64,000 nucleotides of DNA from Adineta vaga (GCA_021613535.1 CP075494.1:12462001-12526000), one strand, 5' to 3'. Shown: positions 13,676 through 29,292, counted from the stretch's first letter. Notes: generated by a model not told the origin, from the letters alone. Made by a program: numbers and translations.

Positions 13676-14508
13676 ATTGAATTTGTAATTCACAAGCACA
13701 CGTTTAGCAACAAGTATGTGAATGACGAAATAATGAAACTGATAAACAAACAGGAACAATATTTTCCTATTGGTTGATCACGTAAACAAAGGACAAATAA
13801 AAATATTGTTATCAGACGAATAAATTTCTAGGAGAAATTATTTCATTCGTTTTCATTTTTTATGATTATTTTTTCATTAATTTGATTGTAATAAAAATGC
13901 CATCTACTTTTCTACAATTGATTGATAGAGACGACCAATAGTATTAAAGATAGATGTCGCATCCGTTGAATTTTGTTAGAACATTATTTCAACATCAGAT
14001 TCAACCGATGAAATTAACAATGATCGTTTTAAACTAAACTAGTAAGAGAGTGAACTTTTTCTAATCATGGATATTGAATTGTTTTAAGATAACGAGTACA
14101 TTTGTATATACATTACAAAAATCCAATTATAAAATGATTTGCTGATAAAAAGTGTTTATTAGTACAGCGAAAGGATGATTTATTATTATCGAGATAGTTA
14201 CTAATGTAGTATGTATTAGAAATTTTCACAATTGAGAAAGAGTAGATTAGTATTAGTAGAGATATTTCATTCACTCTGAGTTGTATCGACATTTTCAACG
14301 ATTAAGTAAACTATGGTTAAATGTAGAATATTTTTGTCCTAATTGTTTAAAACTATCATTCAACATTTATCTTTTCTAGATGTATATCAGCCATGGTGAT
14401 GTAATTGCATAACAATATTCCTAACACAAATAAGGTAGCGTTCTTTTTTTTGCACAAATAATGTTGTTTGTAGAAATCTCAAATTCATTGCTTATTTGTT
14501 TTTGCAGA

Positions 14509-15830
14509 ATGTCAACAGCAACCGAAATTGCAAATCATTCGTGTCCTATCGATGATTTATCTCGATCTCCAATTGATTCGTTAGGTAAATATCATTCAAG
14601 ATACAATACTGAACTGTCATCATGTTCTTCACCATCGGATTCATCCTCTTCTCTATTAATGGATTCTTCCAATGCTCAAGCATCAGCTTCATCGAATCAT
14701 TCAAAAGAAGCAACTGCCAAAATTCCGTATCCAATATTATCCGATCATCGTGATCCAACATTGATACTGACTCTTCTACAAAAAGAAACTCAAACAACAT
14801 CAAAAAAGATTCTTGAAGTTACTCAATTAGTTGAAACTTATGAGAAAAAATTGTCATCAAATCATGTTCCAGATAAAGATCGAAAATCGTTAAAATTCGA
14901 ATGTATTCGACGTAAACAACAATTAGATGCTTTGAAAAAACATGAACGTCGAGTTAATTTACAGATTGATTATATAACAATGAAAACGGAAATCAGATGT
15001 TTAGAAGATAAACGATTATTAATCAATGATGATAATAATTCAACGGAAAAGAAACAAATTGAAACTTTAGAAAGAAAATTAAAACAAAAATTAGAACAAA
15101 TGAAAATTTATATGAGAAAACGAAATGAAGAAATGAAAAAACTTCTCAATGAGAAACAAAAATCATCATCATCATGTACGAGGAAATAGATCAGAAAATA
15201 TGAATATAATTTCATAAGTTTTTGTTCTTATAGCTGATGGTAACCGTAGACAATCGACATCCGATCAAAAGACACAACAACAAACAACTTCATCCGATTT
15301 AGTAATTTCTCCTTTTCTCGAAATAGTCTCATGGAACTATTTGTAATCATATCATTTTAGAATCGAAAACGATCTTTGCCTGTAACTAAAGCCTCCCATT
15401 CAAACAAACATTTCAAATCAACAACATCTAATCATTCAAAACAGGCCATTGTTCGTCTAGCATCACGTCTATCAAATCATCAAACAAAATCTCAACCCAT
15501 GCAAACGCCAACAGTTCGATTTTTGAAAAAAACAACCGATTCAACAATTAATAATGGAAATTCTGTTTCTCCAACGACACCTGCATCATCGTCTTCAACA
15601 TTATCTCCGCCATTAATTGCCACGACAAGTACTGGTGATGATGCTACTAATACTTCAAAATCTTTACAACGGGTAAACTATTGAATATTTTAATCGATCA
15701 TTGAATTTAAAAATTTCATTTTCCTTAGAATACAAACCATTCTGTTGAAGACGACGGTGAACCTGATCTTGAATTTGATGTGGATGAATTATTCATTGAT
15801 GATTCACATTTAGCAGACTCTGACAAATGA
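14509..15830 (+). CDS. Uncharacterised coiled-coil, Ser/Thr-rich protein with acidic C-terminus, multi-exon
   Basis: ORFs 14461-15189 and 15376-15684 joined by short GT-AG introns; last exon encodes EDDGEPDLEFDVDELFIDDSHLADSDK*. Confidence 0.65.
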
Positions 15831-16134
15831 GAAATATCTAATATATGAGTGTAACAAGTCAATTTGAATATATTCTAAAAGCAGAATCTTTGAAGAAAAA
15901 GAAACTGTATATAAACGTTTATTTGTTTTTTTTGTATATGTCTTCAAATCTCGTTCTGTTCGTGCCCGGTCTTCGTTTGCTTTTTTTTATAATCTTGTCA
16001 TGATGCTTACATTGTTTCTACATTCGTTTTTTTTCTCTCTCCTTCTGTCACTTGTAGTTATAAGAGAAGTAACAACATAACAGACTTATTTTCTTTCTTC
16101 GTTTCTTTTCTAGATTTTTCAGATAGAAAACATT

Positions 16135-18515
16135 ATGGCCGACCCATCAGCAGCACCCGCGAAAAAGGCAGCACGAGTTTTTGATTTAGATGCTATGGTG
16201 GCACAAGCACGATCCGGTGCACAAGAACGATCAAACGTCGATTGGACAAATGAAATCGAGAGGACAAAAGAAGAAAATGAATTACGAATTTCCGAAATGA
16301 AATTAAAAGCAGATCAAGCAGCAAAACAAATGCAGAAAACCACTACTACTACTAATACGACAAATGATGATAATGATGATGATGATGATGATGATTTTGG
16401 CCCATCCATTTCTCTAGCTACAGCATCAGCTGCTAATAATGAAGATGAAAGTAGTGAAGACGACGATGATACTAATAATATTCCATCAGAGGTACGCAAA
16501 ATGATTCAACAATCGATATTATCATTTCCTTCGTTTGTATTTTAGTCGACTGGTCAAGATTCTGAACGATTAGATGATGATGAACAACCATTTTTTCCTG
16601 TAACACATGAAATTGATCTTAAACATGGAACAAAAACAGTATCCTGTTTAACTCTGGATACTAATGGAGAACGTTTAATATCCGGTGGTTTTGATTATGA
16701 ACTTAAAATGTGGGATTTTCCTGTCATGAATAAATCTTTACAATATGCTCGAGCAATATCTCCATGTGAATCTCATCAACTACGTTCAATTGAATATAGT
16801 CCTGCAAGTGATATGTTAGTTATTGCCAGTGGAAGTTGTCAAGGGAAAGTTATTACTCGAGATGGTAAACGAACACAAAAAAGTTTTGTTTCTAAACTAA
16901 TTCTTTTCTATTTTTTAGGAAAAAATATGTATGAATGCGTTCGAGGTGATATGTATCTAATTGATATGCAAAAAACCAAAGGTCATGTTGCTACATTAAA
17001 TCGTGCATGTTGGAATCCCAAAGATTTTAATGTAAGTAAATTTTTCATAGGCATATTTTCTTGTGAAACTGATCTTCTTCCAATAGGAATTTATGACTTG
17101 TTCCGATGATGGTACTGTTCGTCTTTGGTCTTTAGTTCGTCGTACAGAACATGTAACATGCATAAAAACAAAATCTGATCAAGGCAAAAAAACTGCTGCA
17201 ACAACATGTACATATAATACGTATCATACTCATGTTAGTCAAAATGAATATTTAATCACTGCTGGATGTGATGATGGTAGTATACAAATTTGGGATCGTC
17301 GTCGACCATTTGTTAATGTGACATTTATGGGTCGACGTGCACATGAAGCTGGAAATTCCATCACATCACTACGTTGGTCATACGATGGACGAAGTTTAGC
17401 ATCACGTTCAACTGATCATACACTTAAATTATGGGATATACGAAAATTTAAAGAACCACTTTCGGAATACGCCGATTTACATAATCGATTTTCTATGACT
17501 GATGTAACATTCTCACCCGATGATCGATTTCTAATCACAGGTACATCAACACGAAAGAAATCAGATGTTAATGAAAAAGATCCAACAAATGTTGGAGCTA
17601 TTTACTTTTTCAATCGAAATAATCTTGCTCAACCGGAAGGACAAATTCAAGTGAGTGAAAATGCAAGTGTTATTAAAACATTATGGCATTCTAAATTAAA
17701 TCAAATTATGTGTACAACGAGCAATGGCATTGTTAAAGTATTCTACGATCCAATCTGTTCGAAACAAGGTGCATTATTATTTGCTAATCGAGAAGAACGA
17801 CAGAAGAAAGCAAATGATTACTTTATTAACATGAATATTATCAATCCACATGCTTTACCAATGTATCGACAAGAAAGAGTTCGAAATCTATCTGTTATAC
17901 GAACAAAGAATCGACAAGATCCAGTACGTAAAATTTTCTGTATGTTTTTTAGAGATACCTCGATGAGAATCTTGACGACGTCGTTTTTCCTCGAGTGCGT
18001 ATCAGTCATTAAGTTAAATAATTAGTCTTTCATAGTTGTTATCGAAAAAAATTTCATTGCAGAGATCGTTTCTCATTATATTGACGTCATTAAGACATCA
18101 TTATTATTTAATCGACGCAACTTCGACATACTTGAAGGAGTCATGTGAAAAGGATATTTATATAAGTAGATAAATAAAATACGTTCCTCTCTTTTTTTAG
18201 GTAAAATCGAAACGTCCGGATTTGCCAATCAGTGGCGCTGGTTCCGGAGGTCGTATCGGTGTGCATGGTGGTACATTATCGTCATATATTGTCAAGAATA
18301 TTGCTCTACAAAAACCACCAGCACAAAAAGAAGATTCACGTGCTATTTTACTTAGTTACCAAGAAAAATGTGAAGAAGAACCATTTTGGGTGGCACCTGC
18401 TTATAAACTTAATCAACCTAAAGCAATTTTTCAAGAATCAACTGAAGATTTACAACAGAAAAAGAACGACGACGATGATAATATGGGACCACTTTGGAAA
18501 AAACAAAAAACATAA
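16135..18515 (+). CDS. WDR70: WD repeat-containing protein 70 (GAD-1 homologue), 5 exons
   Basis: Acidic N-terminus with DDFGP, then HEIDLKHGTK, RGDMYLIDMQKTKGH, IINPHALPMY and GSGGRIG, all typical of WDR70. Confidence 0.93.
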
Positions 18516-19065
18516 TTTGTTTGTCATTTATGTTTTGTAATATGTTTAAATTTATATGTATAAAAAGAAACTGCTATAAATCGGATGAAAAATGAGAATA
18601 TCTATTTCACATTTTGCGGTAATGACTCGAGGATATTATAGAAAAGTAGGTAGACTGTTTTTTTTAAATAGTTTCGGTTGTTTCATATCGTTTATGTTTT
18701 ACTCTGGCTCATTAGCTTAATATGGACTGAACGTTTCCGGTTTTGCGAAACCGATTCTTTTTCTCAATAGACATAATGAGACAAGACAAAAAGAAACAAA
18801 AAAGTACTCGTTGTATTATTTCTATTTGAAAACTATCAGCTCCTAACAAATCAAAAGAATATTGACTTAAATAGGAAAAAACGACATTTCTTACTAAACA
18901 TCTTAAACACAAACGAGTTATATTTCTAGTTAGTTACATTAATTGGATCCTTCTTCAAGTATCTTCTATTCGTATGCATATATATATATATATATTATAA
19001 ATAGACAATGCATTTTAAAAGTAGTATATAATCTTTGTTGATCGTTCATAATAAGTCTTTTCTAA

Positions 19066-19737
19066 ATGACATCGGCAACATCATCTCGTCGTGTATCAAA
19101 TTTACAATCTATTATAGAAAATTCTTCGAATCCCAATGATGAAGAAACAAATGATCAGACATTATCGAACAGTTGTCCAACCGAAGATTATCGTTATTCT
19201 TTACAATGGTCAACACCAAATCAAGTGACAAAAACAACTCGTGCTCATTCATGTTATGAAGAACGAGCTCCACCACAAACGACAAATGATCGATTTAAAC
19301 ATTTATGTACACGATTAAAACGTCGATTTAGTATATCGAAAGAATGTCGAACACGTAGTGAAGATATGAATCGTGGTTTAACAAAACGTTGTAAGAATTA
19401 TAAATCATTTTCTTCATCATTAGATGAAACATATAATGATTTTGAATGGCCAGATTTCGAACAGATTTATGATACAATTCCAACATGTCTTGCTAATGCT
19501 TTACCTGGCCTTGATGATCTTTCATTGAATGAATCAAGTGATGAAAGTGAAGAAATATTAAATTATCCTCCCGCTGAAAGTATTGAACAATTGAAATTAT
19601 TTGACGGATGTAAACGAGGAATATCTTACCGACGAAATGCTATTTGTCGAAAACTTGATAAAAGTTTATATAAAGGACAACTGAATACATTTATTCAACA
19701 ATTAATGATTGAAAAACTAATGAGAACATGGACATAA
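19066..19737 (+). CDS. Hypothetical orphan protein, single exon, 223 aa
   Basis: Clean ORF with coding-like codon use; TATAAA upstream (~18997) and AATAAA downstream (~19818). Confidence 0.65.
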   Translation: MTSATSSRRVSNLQSIIENSSNPNDEETNDQTLSNSCPTEDYRYSLQWSTPNQVTKTTRAHSCYEERAPPQTTNDRFKHLCTRLKRRFSISKECRTRSEDMNRGLTKRCKNYKSFSSSLDETYNDFEWPDFEQIYDTIPTCLANALPGLDDLSLNESSDESEEILNYPPAESIEQLKLFDGCKRGISYRRNAICRKLDKSLYKGQLNTFIQQLMIEKLMRTWT

Positions 19738-20135
19738 TCCAAGAATCGATTTTTTCTTTCTTCTTCTCCTTTTATTTGTAGTTATACAAATCGAATTCTA
19801 TGTATATGTATATATCAAATAAAGTATAAAAAAACACACGCATCAATATACTTCTAAATGGCGTTTTTGTCTTGAATTTAAGTACACATAGATCTGAAGA
19901 TTACTTTAGCACGTACACAACTACTGACAGACGGAATTACTAACGTTCTTTTTTCATTCATGAAAATAATTTCTTGAGAAAAAAAACGTAACATCAATAA
20001 AGCTCAAGAGAGCAATCCTTTTTTTTCTCATTAAATAATGTTTATTTCAGTTTACTGACTTCATCATAATCTAATCTAAATTTATATTCAGATATAAAAA
20101 ACAAGTACAATACTAAATAATATATATATATATAT

Positions 20136-21640
20136 CTACTTAGCTTGAATATCTCTATATAAAAGATAATTAATTAAATATTGTGAAATAGCTAAATGTA
20201 CAATGTCCTTTTGTTTTATGCTCAATTGACTATTGATAAGATACCGACAACAACTTTTTAATGAGCGTGGTTGAAATTTTGAAAATATTGACCAAAGATG
20301 TACTTGACCAGTACGTGTACCTACAGCCATTGTTTTTCCATCAGGTATAGTTGCAACACAAAGAGCATTATTTTGTGTTTGTTGATAGATTGATTCTGTT
20401 CGACGTGTTGATTCGATAGGAAACCAACGAATACAACTATGATGAAAATTTATAAATCTGTTGAGAGACGATGAAAAATATTTTTCTTACTTATCATCAC
20501 ATGTGCTAATCAGATATTGATCAAATTTGGTAAAAACAATAGATCGAACAAATGAACCATTCTCTCCTCCTGCATAGATTTTCAATGGTTTAGGAATTTT
20601 ATGAAGAAATTCTTTTAAAAGTTCGCCAGTTATTGTTGACCAAAGTAAAATTCGTGTATCAAAAGAAGCAGTTGCTAAAAGAGCACTTCAAAAAAGAAAG
20701 CGATGATAACGATAATATAGTTCCTAAATAAATTTTACCTGTCGGATGAAAAGGCGCAATCGACAACATTATGTAAATGTCCATCGAATTTGTATATCTC
20801 TTCCCATGTAGTTGTATCATAGAGTACAACTAATTCATGTGGACCTACTGCACACAAAAGTTTCTCATTTGGTGACCATTTAACAGTATTAATCACATGC
20901 GTCCAATTATCTAATGTTTTATACATATTACCTAAGTGAAAACACAAACTTCAAAGATTAAAAGTCTTAGGATTTCGAGATCGTTTACCATCATCCAGTA
21001 GATCCCATAATTTAATTGTTGTATCATGTGAACATGATGCTAATTGCATAGTACATGATGTAAATGCTAGGCCACATACAGTTGATTGATGATCAGCTAG
21101 AGTCAAAGTTAATTCTCGTGTATCAACATTCCAAATATTGATCTTTCCATCAGCTAAACCAGCTGCTAAAAATAGATTTTTAGTAAAATCAAAACGATGA
21201 TTGACAGATAAAGTAGAACGTCGTCGACCAAGTAATTCTCGACGTGTTAATGGCACTGAGAAACAATTTTCATTGAATAAATCTGATCTTATGGTTCGTT
21301 GACCGAATGCTAAGGACCAAACCGGTGATGAACAAGAGAATTCTTCATGAACATATAATTCATCTGTTTTATTCGTTGCATGCCAATTTGAACAATAGAT
21401 AAGAACAATACAATCTCCACCATAGATAGTTTGTTTCGGAATAGCTAAATAATGTGAACATGGCGAAAATGTTGTTTTCCAGACATTGTTCGGTAAAAAC
21501 GTTGATGATAATAAATAGTTTTGTAATGATTGATTTAACGGTAATGGGTTAGATGTTACTATTAGATAGAAATAAAAAGGAACAAGTTCTATTCAATAAA
21601 ATTAACTATGATAATTAATACCTAATGTGTGAGTAGTCAT
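20136..21640 (-). CDS. WSB1: WD repeat and SOCS box-containing protein, 5 exons
   Basis: WD40 repeats (LAAGLADGKINIWN, LASCSHDTTIKLWDL, GHLHNVVDCAFS), PLKIYAGGENG and C-terminal SOCS box PRSLKSCCRYLI. Confidence 0.9.
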
Positions 21641-23048
21641 AAATAGAATAAATCGTTAATTAATCATCTACAACTAAATATGTTTAGACATAATTTCGTA
21701 TGAAGTGACACGAATTTTTGTTTATTACGCAGGATGTTTAAAGTTTATAAATATCCTTTCATCTTATATACTATTCCTATTGCATTCTTTAATACTCAAC
21801 GTTTCTTTACATGCACACTTAAGATATGAAGTAGGTATAAATATACACCTTATCACTGACGTCGTATATAAATCTATTTTTAGATTTCATTCTACATTCA
21901 ACAGGAAACATTTACATCTAGCATTTTTATTGAAAAAAAAAATGAGTATATCTCTTTTATTTTATTTAAATAGTTACACAAGAAAATGATTATCTATAGT
22001 GTTTGAAGTACGAAAAAGAACAATGGTTCACAGACTATACTGATCTCACGTATGAAAAAAGTCGAATATTATGTTAGAAATATTGTGAATTTTTTGTACT
22101 AAACAATAGTTAATAACTACGTATTAAAAATCATGCAATCGAAAGAAAACATTGGGTGCTCAGTGTTCTGAAACAGAAGAAATGAAACCAAACCGATTGT
22201 ACTATATATGTCTGAAGTCAAGGTTGCCCTTGAACTATTCTTTAATCAATGTCATATTAAACCTTACAAAATGTTTATAAAGCAAAAAATAGTTTTCATA
22301 AATTTCTACTTGATTTCAAAATTATAAGTATCCAAAACATTGATTGAATGCTATAAGGAAATATAACAGATATGAAATCAAGCAAAAAATTAGAAGACTT
22401 TTCGAAAAAGAAGATACAATTATTCCTGAAAAATCAACTTACATAGTATTTTGTGATTTTTTATCTAAAATAATTGCTTCTCATACATGAAAGTTCTGAT
22501 AATCATACAATACAATATGAATAGAAGCAGCTCTTGTGAACATCAGAGATAACAATTGAACTACATGTATTATTATACGTTGTAAATATGAACCAATCAA
22601 ATTTTTATAGATAATGTTCTCTCCACTCGATGACATTAACATCTTCAATATACTAACAGAATAGTAAATCAGAGTTCCGATACTTCTAAACGAAAACAAT
22701 CTTACTATATTTTTGTTTCATAATCGTAATCAAAAACGATTGCTGCAGCTCAATACTAGTATGACTATTATTTATCAATACAAATTTGTAATATATATAT
22801 ATTATTCAAGATAATTTAAATGTAATCAAAATGATTATTGCGTCTCGTTTTGATACTATAGATTTGGAATCTTGTAAATGTTGACATCTACTAATATCAT
22901 TGTTTTTGTTCTGTAACGAGAAGAAACACTTTCACTATTGACACATTTCTTATGACATCAAAGATAAGATATCGAAACAATTTTATATCTTTTATTTGCT
23001 GTAAAGACACTTAGAGATCGTTTTAATTTCATACATCTAACTACAAAA

Positions 23049-23603
23049 ATGTCTTCAACCTATGGTAACCTTTTATGCATTATTGTCATCATACTTGCCG
23101 GTATCACTATACAAATACGTGATACTCCTCCATTGAATACTTATATATCTAAGAATATTTCTGCTACAAAATCATATGCAACATTTAATGAGTTCTATCC
23201 ATTTTATCTTAGTGAACATACTCAAAAAACAACTCGACAATGTCATTACATAGGCACAACTCTATTTCTTCTCTATCTTTTAACAAAACCGATTCTTTCC
23301 ATTCCACTTCTTGCTGGTGGTCTAGCTGCTTATGCTATCATTCCATTTTCTCGGCATTTATCAACTGGTTTATCTGAAGTAGTGATATTTCTAAGCATTT
23401 ATTTCATTAGTGGAAAACTTCTAACACGTTCATTTATTAAAACATCAATACCACTCTTGCTCGGCTACGGGTTTTCTTGGATTGGTCATTTCGGCTTTGA
23501 ACATAATAAACCAGCTGCATTCATCTATCCAACTTATAGTTTCTTCGGTGATATTCATATGATGTACGATGCAATCAAAGAACAACTTTCTTTAAATTTA
23601 TAA
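23049..23603 (+). CDS. DUF962/Mpo1-family membrane protein, intronless
   Basis: FNEFYPFYLSEH...CHYIGT and GYGFSWIGHFGFEHNKPA motifs with the three conserved His residues. Confidence 0.85.
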   Translation: MSSTYGNLLCIIVIILAGITIQIRDTPPLNTYISKNISATKSYATFNEFYPFYLSEHTQKTTRQCHYIGTTLFLLYLLTKPILSIPLLAGGLAAYAIIPFSRHLSTGLSEVVIFLSIYFISGKLLTRSFIKTSIPLLLGYGFSWIGHFGFEHNKPAAFIYPTYSFFGDIHMMYDAIKEQLSLNL

Positions 23604-23781
23604 ATCTTACCCATCATATTCACATATATTTTTATCCTTATATCAATTAAAACAACTACAATCCAAATGAAAAACTGAAAACTAAATGTACGGAAAATTG
23701 AAAAAAAAAAAAGATTCAAAAAAGAAAATCCTAAGTACATGTACAATATCTTGATAGAGTTAGAAAGAAAAAGGCTTGTTT

Positions 23782-26700
23782 TTAACGCATTTGTTTCTTC
23801 TTGTAATCTTCTTTCAACGCTTGTTCTTTAAGATCAAGTTCTTCAAAATCAGATTTTAACCAATCAAGCATATCAGAAAAGATTACAACACCATTTGCTG
23901 ATGGATCTGATACACCTGGTAATGGTCGTTGAACACTTAACATTTCTGCTTCTTCATCATCATCATTTGTTGTACCATCTTCATTGACCATCATGTATTC
24001 TTCATATTCTAAAGAATTTGATGCATATTGTTGTTGATGAATTTTATAATGATTTTTCATTCGATAAGCTGAAGGTATATATTGTTTACAAATAGCACAA
24101 ATACGTCGTTTTAATTCTTTTCGAACACTTGAACAGCAATGATCGAATGGTAAAATATCATTTTGTGTAAACTGCATAACAATACCATGAAATTGAATAC
24201 GTTGTATTAATGAACCATAGAAAACACCTTTCTGATAATCACGATCGGCCATAGCAATACCACGTGGTGTACGTTCAAATGGAATGGGTGCAGGAAGAAA
24301 ACGATGAGGAAATACTTGAATATAATTCGAACGCCATGGTCCACAACATGAAATTGAATTGCAACGAATGATTTGAATTGTATATTGAGTTTGAAGAACA
24401 TGAGTTGCACACCAATATCTAAACAAAAAAGTTAATTTTAATTTCATTCAATTATAATTATTTAAAAACTTACTCATCAATATCATATTTTGCTGCATCT
24501 TTCATTAGTTCACCATCAGGTGTGAGACGTGGGGCACGAACTCGTTCTTGATAATATTCATCACTTTGTCGAATACGATGTTCAACTGGTTCGTTCTGTT
24601 CTTCTTCTTCACATATACTAGAAGTCATTTCAAATAGAAAGAAACATCAATCAAATGAAATTATCTTACCGATTTAACATATTACTCATTACAAGATTTA
24701 CATCAATTAAACGTAATTCTTCCGGTGTTGATGCTGGTGGATCAATATATTCAGCAACAACCGAATATTCATCAATTACTGAACCACACCAAACTTCTGC
24801 TAGAACTTCTCCAGCTTTTTTGAAATTAGTTCGTTCTAATTCGGGATTCACAGTAACACCTGAATCACTCAAATGTGTACCAAAATGATCATGAGGTAAA
24901 ATGAGACCAGCTAAATCGTGTGAAAGTGGTGCCATACGTCGTTCAACAACATTGTAAGCGGATTGACCTGGTGCATGTGTTAGAACAAATAAAGCATCGA
25001 GATTATATTTACGAAATTTTCGTATAGCAGCAACGAGTGTTTTAGGAAAACGTGGATTTTCATCTGGACCACCATCGACTGTAATGATTACAATGGGTTT
25101 TACTTGTCCGGTATAATCTCGAGCTGATTTTTCGAATTCTTTTAAACCAACTAACCGATCAAAATCACATGAATGACTATTTGCATCACTTCGATCATGT
25201 TTGGCTGAACGAATTGCAATATAAGTTGGACCTGAATAACCAACATCATTATGATCATTTATCATACATCCAGCATAAACACTAGAAATATCATCAATGA
25301 TGAATTATTTTCAAAAATATACGTATCAAATATCTTTACCTTGGTGTAAGTTGATGACGAGGTGCAACAGTCCAATCATGATCCGGTAAACGAACACGAT
25401 AATCCAAATGCATAAGCATAGGTGCTTGAATTTTAGCAGCCGGTAAACCAATCGGTACTTTACATTTATCATCTTGTGATAAGAAGAAAACAACATCATT
25501 ACCGAAAATACCGGCTAAATCTTTTATATAACGAATCGTTGCTGTTGCAAAATGACCATCTAAAAGAAAACGAATTTATTATTGATTATTTCTTCTAAAT
25601 AATTAAATCATTTATTATAACCTTCATGTTTGCCATGTTCGTCATTTAAAGCTTTTCGAAGACGTACAGGAACTGTACGAACATGTTTTTTTCCATCTAC
25701 TGAATTTGCACGATGTGGTAATAAACTAATAAATAAATAAAGAAAGAAAGAATATTATCAATGAATTAGTCTATAACACTTACCGATAGTAGAGTGTGGA
25801 TCGCTTGATATCATAGCCACGTTCTTTGATTTTTTCTCGTAAATCATCTAATGTTAAACAAGGTCGAACAGTTTGTGAACGTCGATTATCGTCAGCAGCA
25901 CCGCCAACTTTTGCAATTTCTTCTATAATTTGTAATAAATCTGGACATTCTTCTTCTATTGGTGGTCGACCAATGACTGGACGATAAATTTTATTTAATT
26001 CGGCAGCTAATTCAGGATTTTTTTCACACAATGCTTCGATTTTACGCTATAATAATAATAAATCTTCATACAATTTCCGAAGACAAAACAAAATAGAATC
26101 TTACTTTTTTAATTTCTCGATAGCGTTTTTTTGCTGCTTGTTCAGCTTTCAATCTTTTTAAATCGTTTGCTTTCTTCTTTTGTTCAACAAGAAGTTTTTT
26201 CAATTGTTTTTCTTGTTCATTCGTTGCCATACCCATATTTTTGACTTGAACTAATTGAATAATTCGTTCATTGATCTCATGAAGTTCTTTGGAAACTTTA
26301 TCTTGTGCTGGTGCTTTCGATTTTTTTGCCAGAATTTCAGCTGCTGTTCGAATCTTCTCTGTGGGTTTCGTTGTTGGTTCTTCTGGTTCAAATTCAGGAT
26401 CTGATGATGCTGCTCGTTTCCGTCGTTTTTTTGATACTCGTCCACCATTCTCTGCATCAATACCTGATTCACATTTTTTCTTTCGTCCACGAGTTTTCTT
26501 CTTTTTTGGTTCATAATCATCATCATTATTATCATCATCCCTTTCATTATTACCATCATCATCATCACCAACCGCATCATCTTGTTTATTATCATCACCT
26601 AAACCAGCTGCACTACTTGAATTGAATTTTTCTATGTATTCATCGATCTTTTCTTGAACATGTTTTTCATCACCTTTTATTTGATTCCATTCTACTTGAG

Positions 26701-26853
26701 CTTCAGCATGAGAGATCTGAAAGAAAAATTATGAGTATTTTCAATCGTTATTTTTTATCCTACTTTTCGAGGAACATTAGCATGTGCTTTCATATAAGCA
26801 TCAACAAATGTGCGGTACAAACAATAACGTGCTGTTGTTTTACGTGCAGGCAT
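23782..26853 (-). CDS. Zator-superfamily (TP36-related) DDE transposase-derived gene, 8 exons; probably domesticated
   Basis: Approximate exons 26853-26764, 26717-26105, 26047-25784, 25726-25622, 25559-25341, 25282-24671, 24617-24474, 24418-23782. Motifs SQDDKCKVPIG, LPDHDW, VDGGPDENPRF, HAPGQSAYNVVERRMAPLS and C-terminal C2H2 finger CAIC...HYKIH. Confidence 0.8.
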
Positions 26854-27284
26854 TGTGTGTAGACTGAACTTTGTAAAAGTAGTAAATGAACATGAGAAGA
26901 AAAAAAAGGACGTCGTTTACTATTTTTGACCGCTTCATGACCTCCTCCCCTAGATAAAACATGCACGTCCTGCTTTCCATCGTTTATTTTAACCAACGAA
27001 ATTTTGACCGACAGTATAAATATACGTCCTTTCTTTCTTTCTTTCTTTCTGTTCTTTCCTACGAACATTGAACATAAATCAACGAGAAATCGTGTACGAT
27101 TGACTGACGTCCGGGTCAGCTTGATGCAGAAGATATCTTTTCTCGTCCTTTACGAATGAGTTTTTTTGTTTTGTTGCTAGAATTTATTCTTGATTTCTTT
27201 TTTTCTTTTAGTAAAATAATAACATAAAGCATACACACTCACAAGAGAAGAAAGAAAGAAGGAAAAACGAGTGAAACAGTCTTT

Positions 27285-29006
<1,722 letters not shown>

Positions 29007-29292
29007 TTTCGTTTCGAATGTGTCCAAATAATGAATAAATGAAGTGAAGTAAAGAAGAAGAAGAAATAAATAATCGACGAGGAGTGAATATGACTGACTC
29101 AAGATCTGATTATGTTAACCAATTGAGAGATTGAATACTTTTAACGGTATAGAGGGCGCTCTCAAATGCACAATTAAAGCTTGTGAGATCTATAAGCAAT
29201 ATTATTATTGAAAGACGCATTCATTGTAATAAAATCTATCAATGGGCAAAGTAACATAAACGATCGAGTTGCACTCCAGGAACCTTATTATA

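Noticed and set aside
23604-27284. Active autonomous Zator transposon
   Set aside because: No terminal inverted repeats or target-site duplication seen in the short flanks; intron-rich, host-like gene structure
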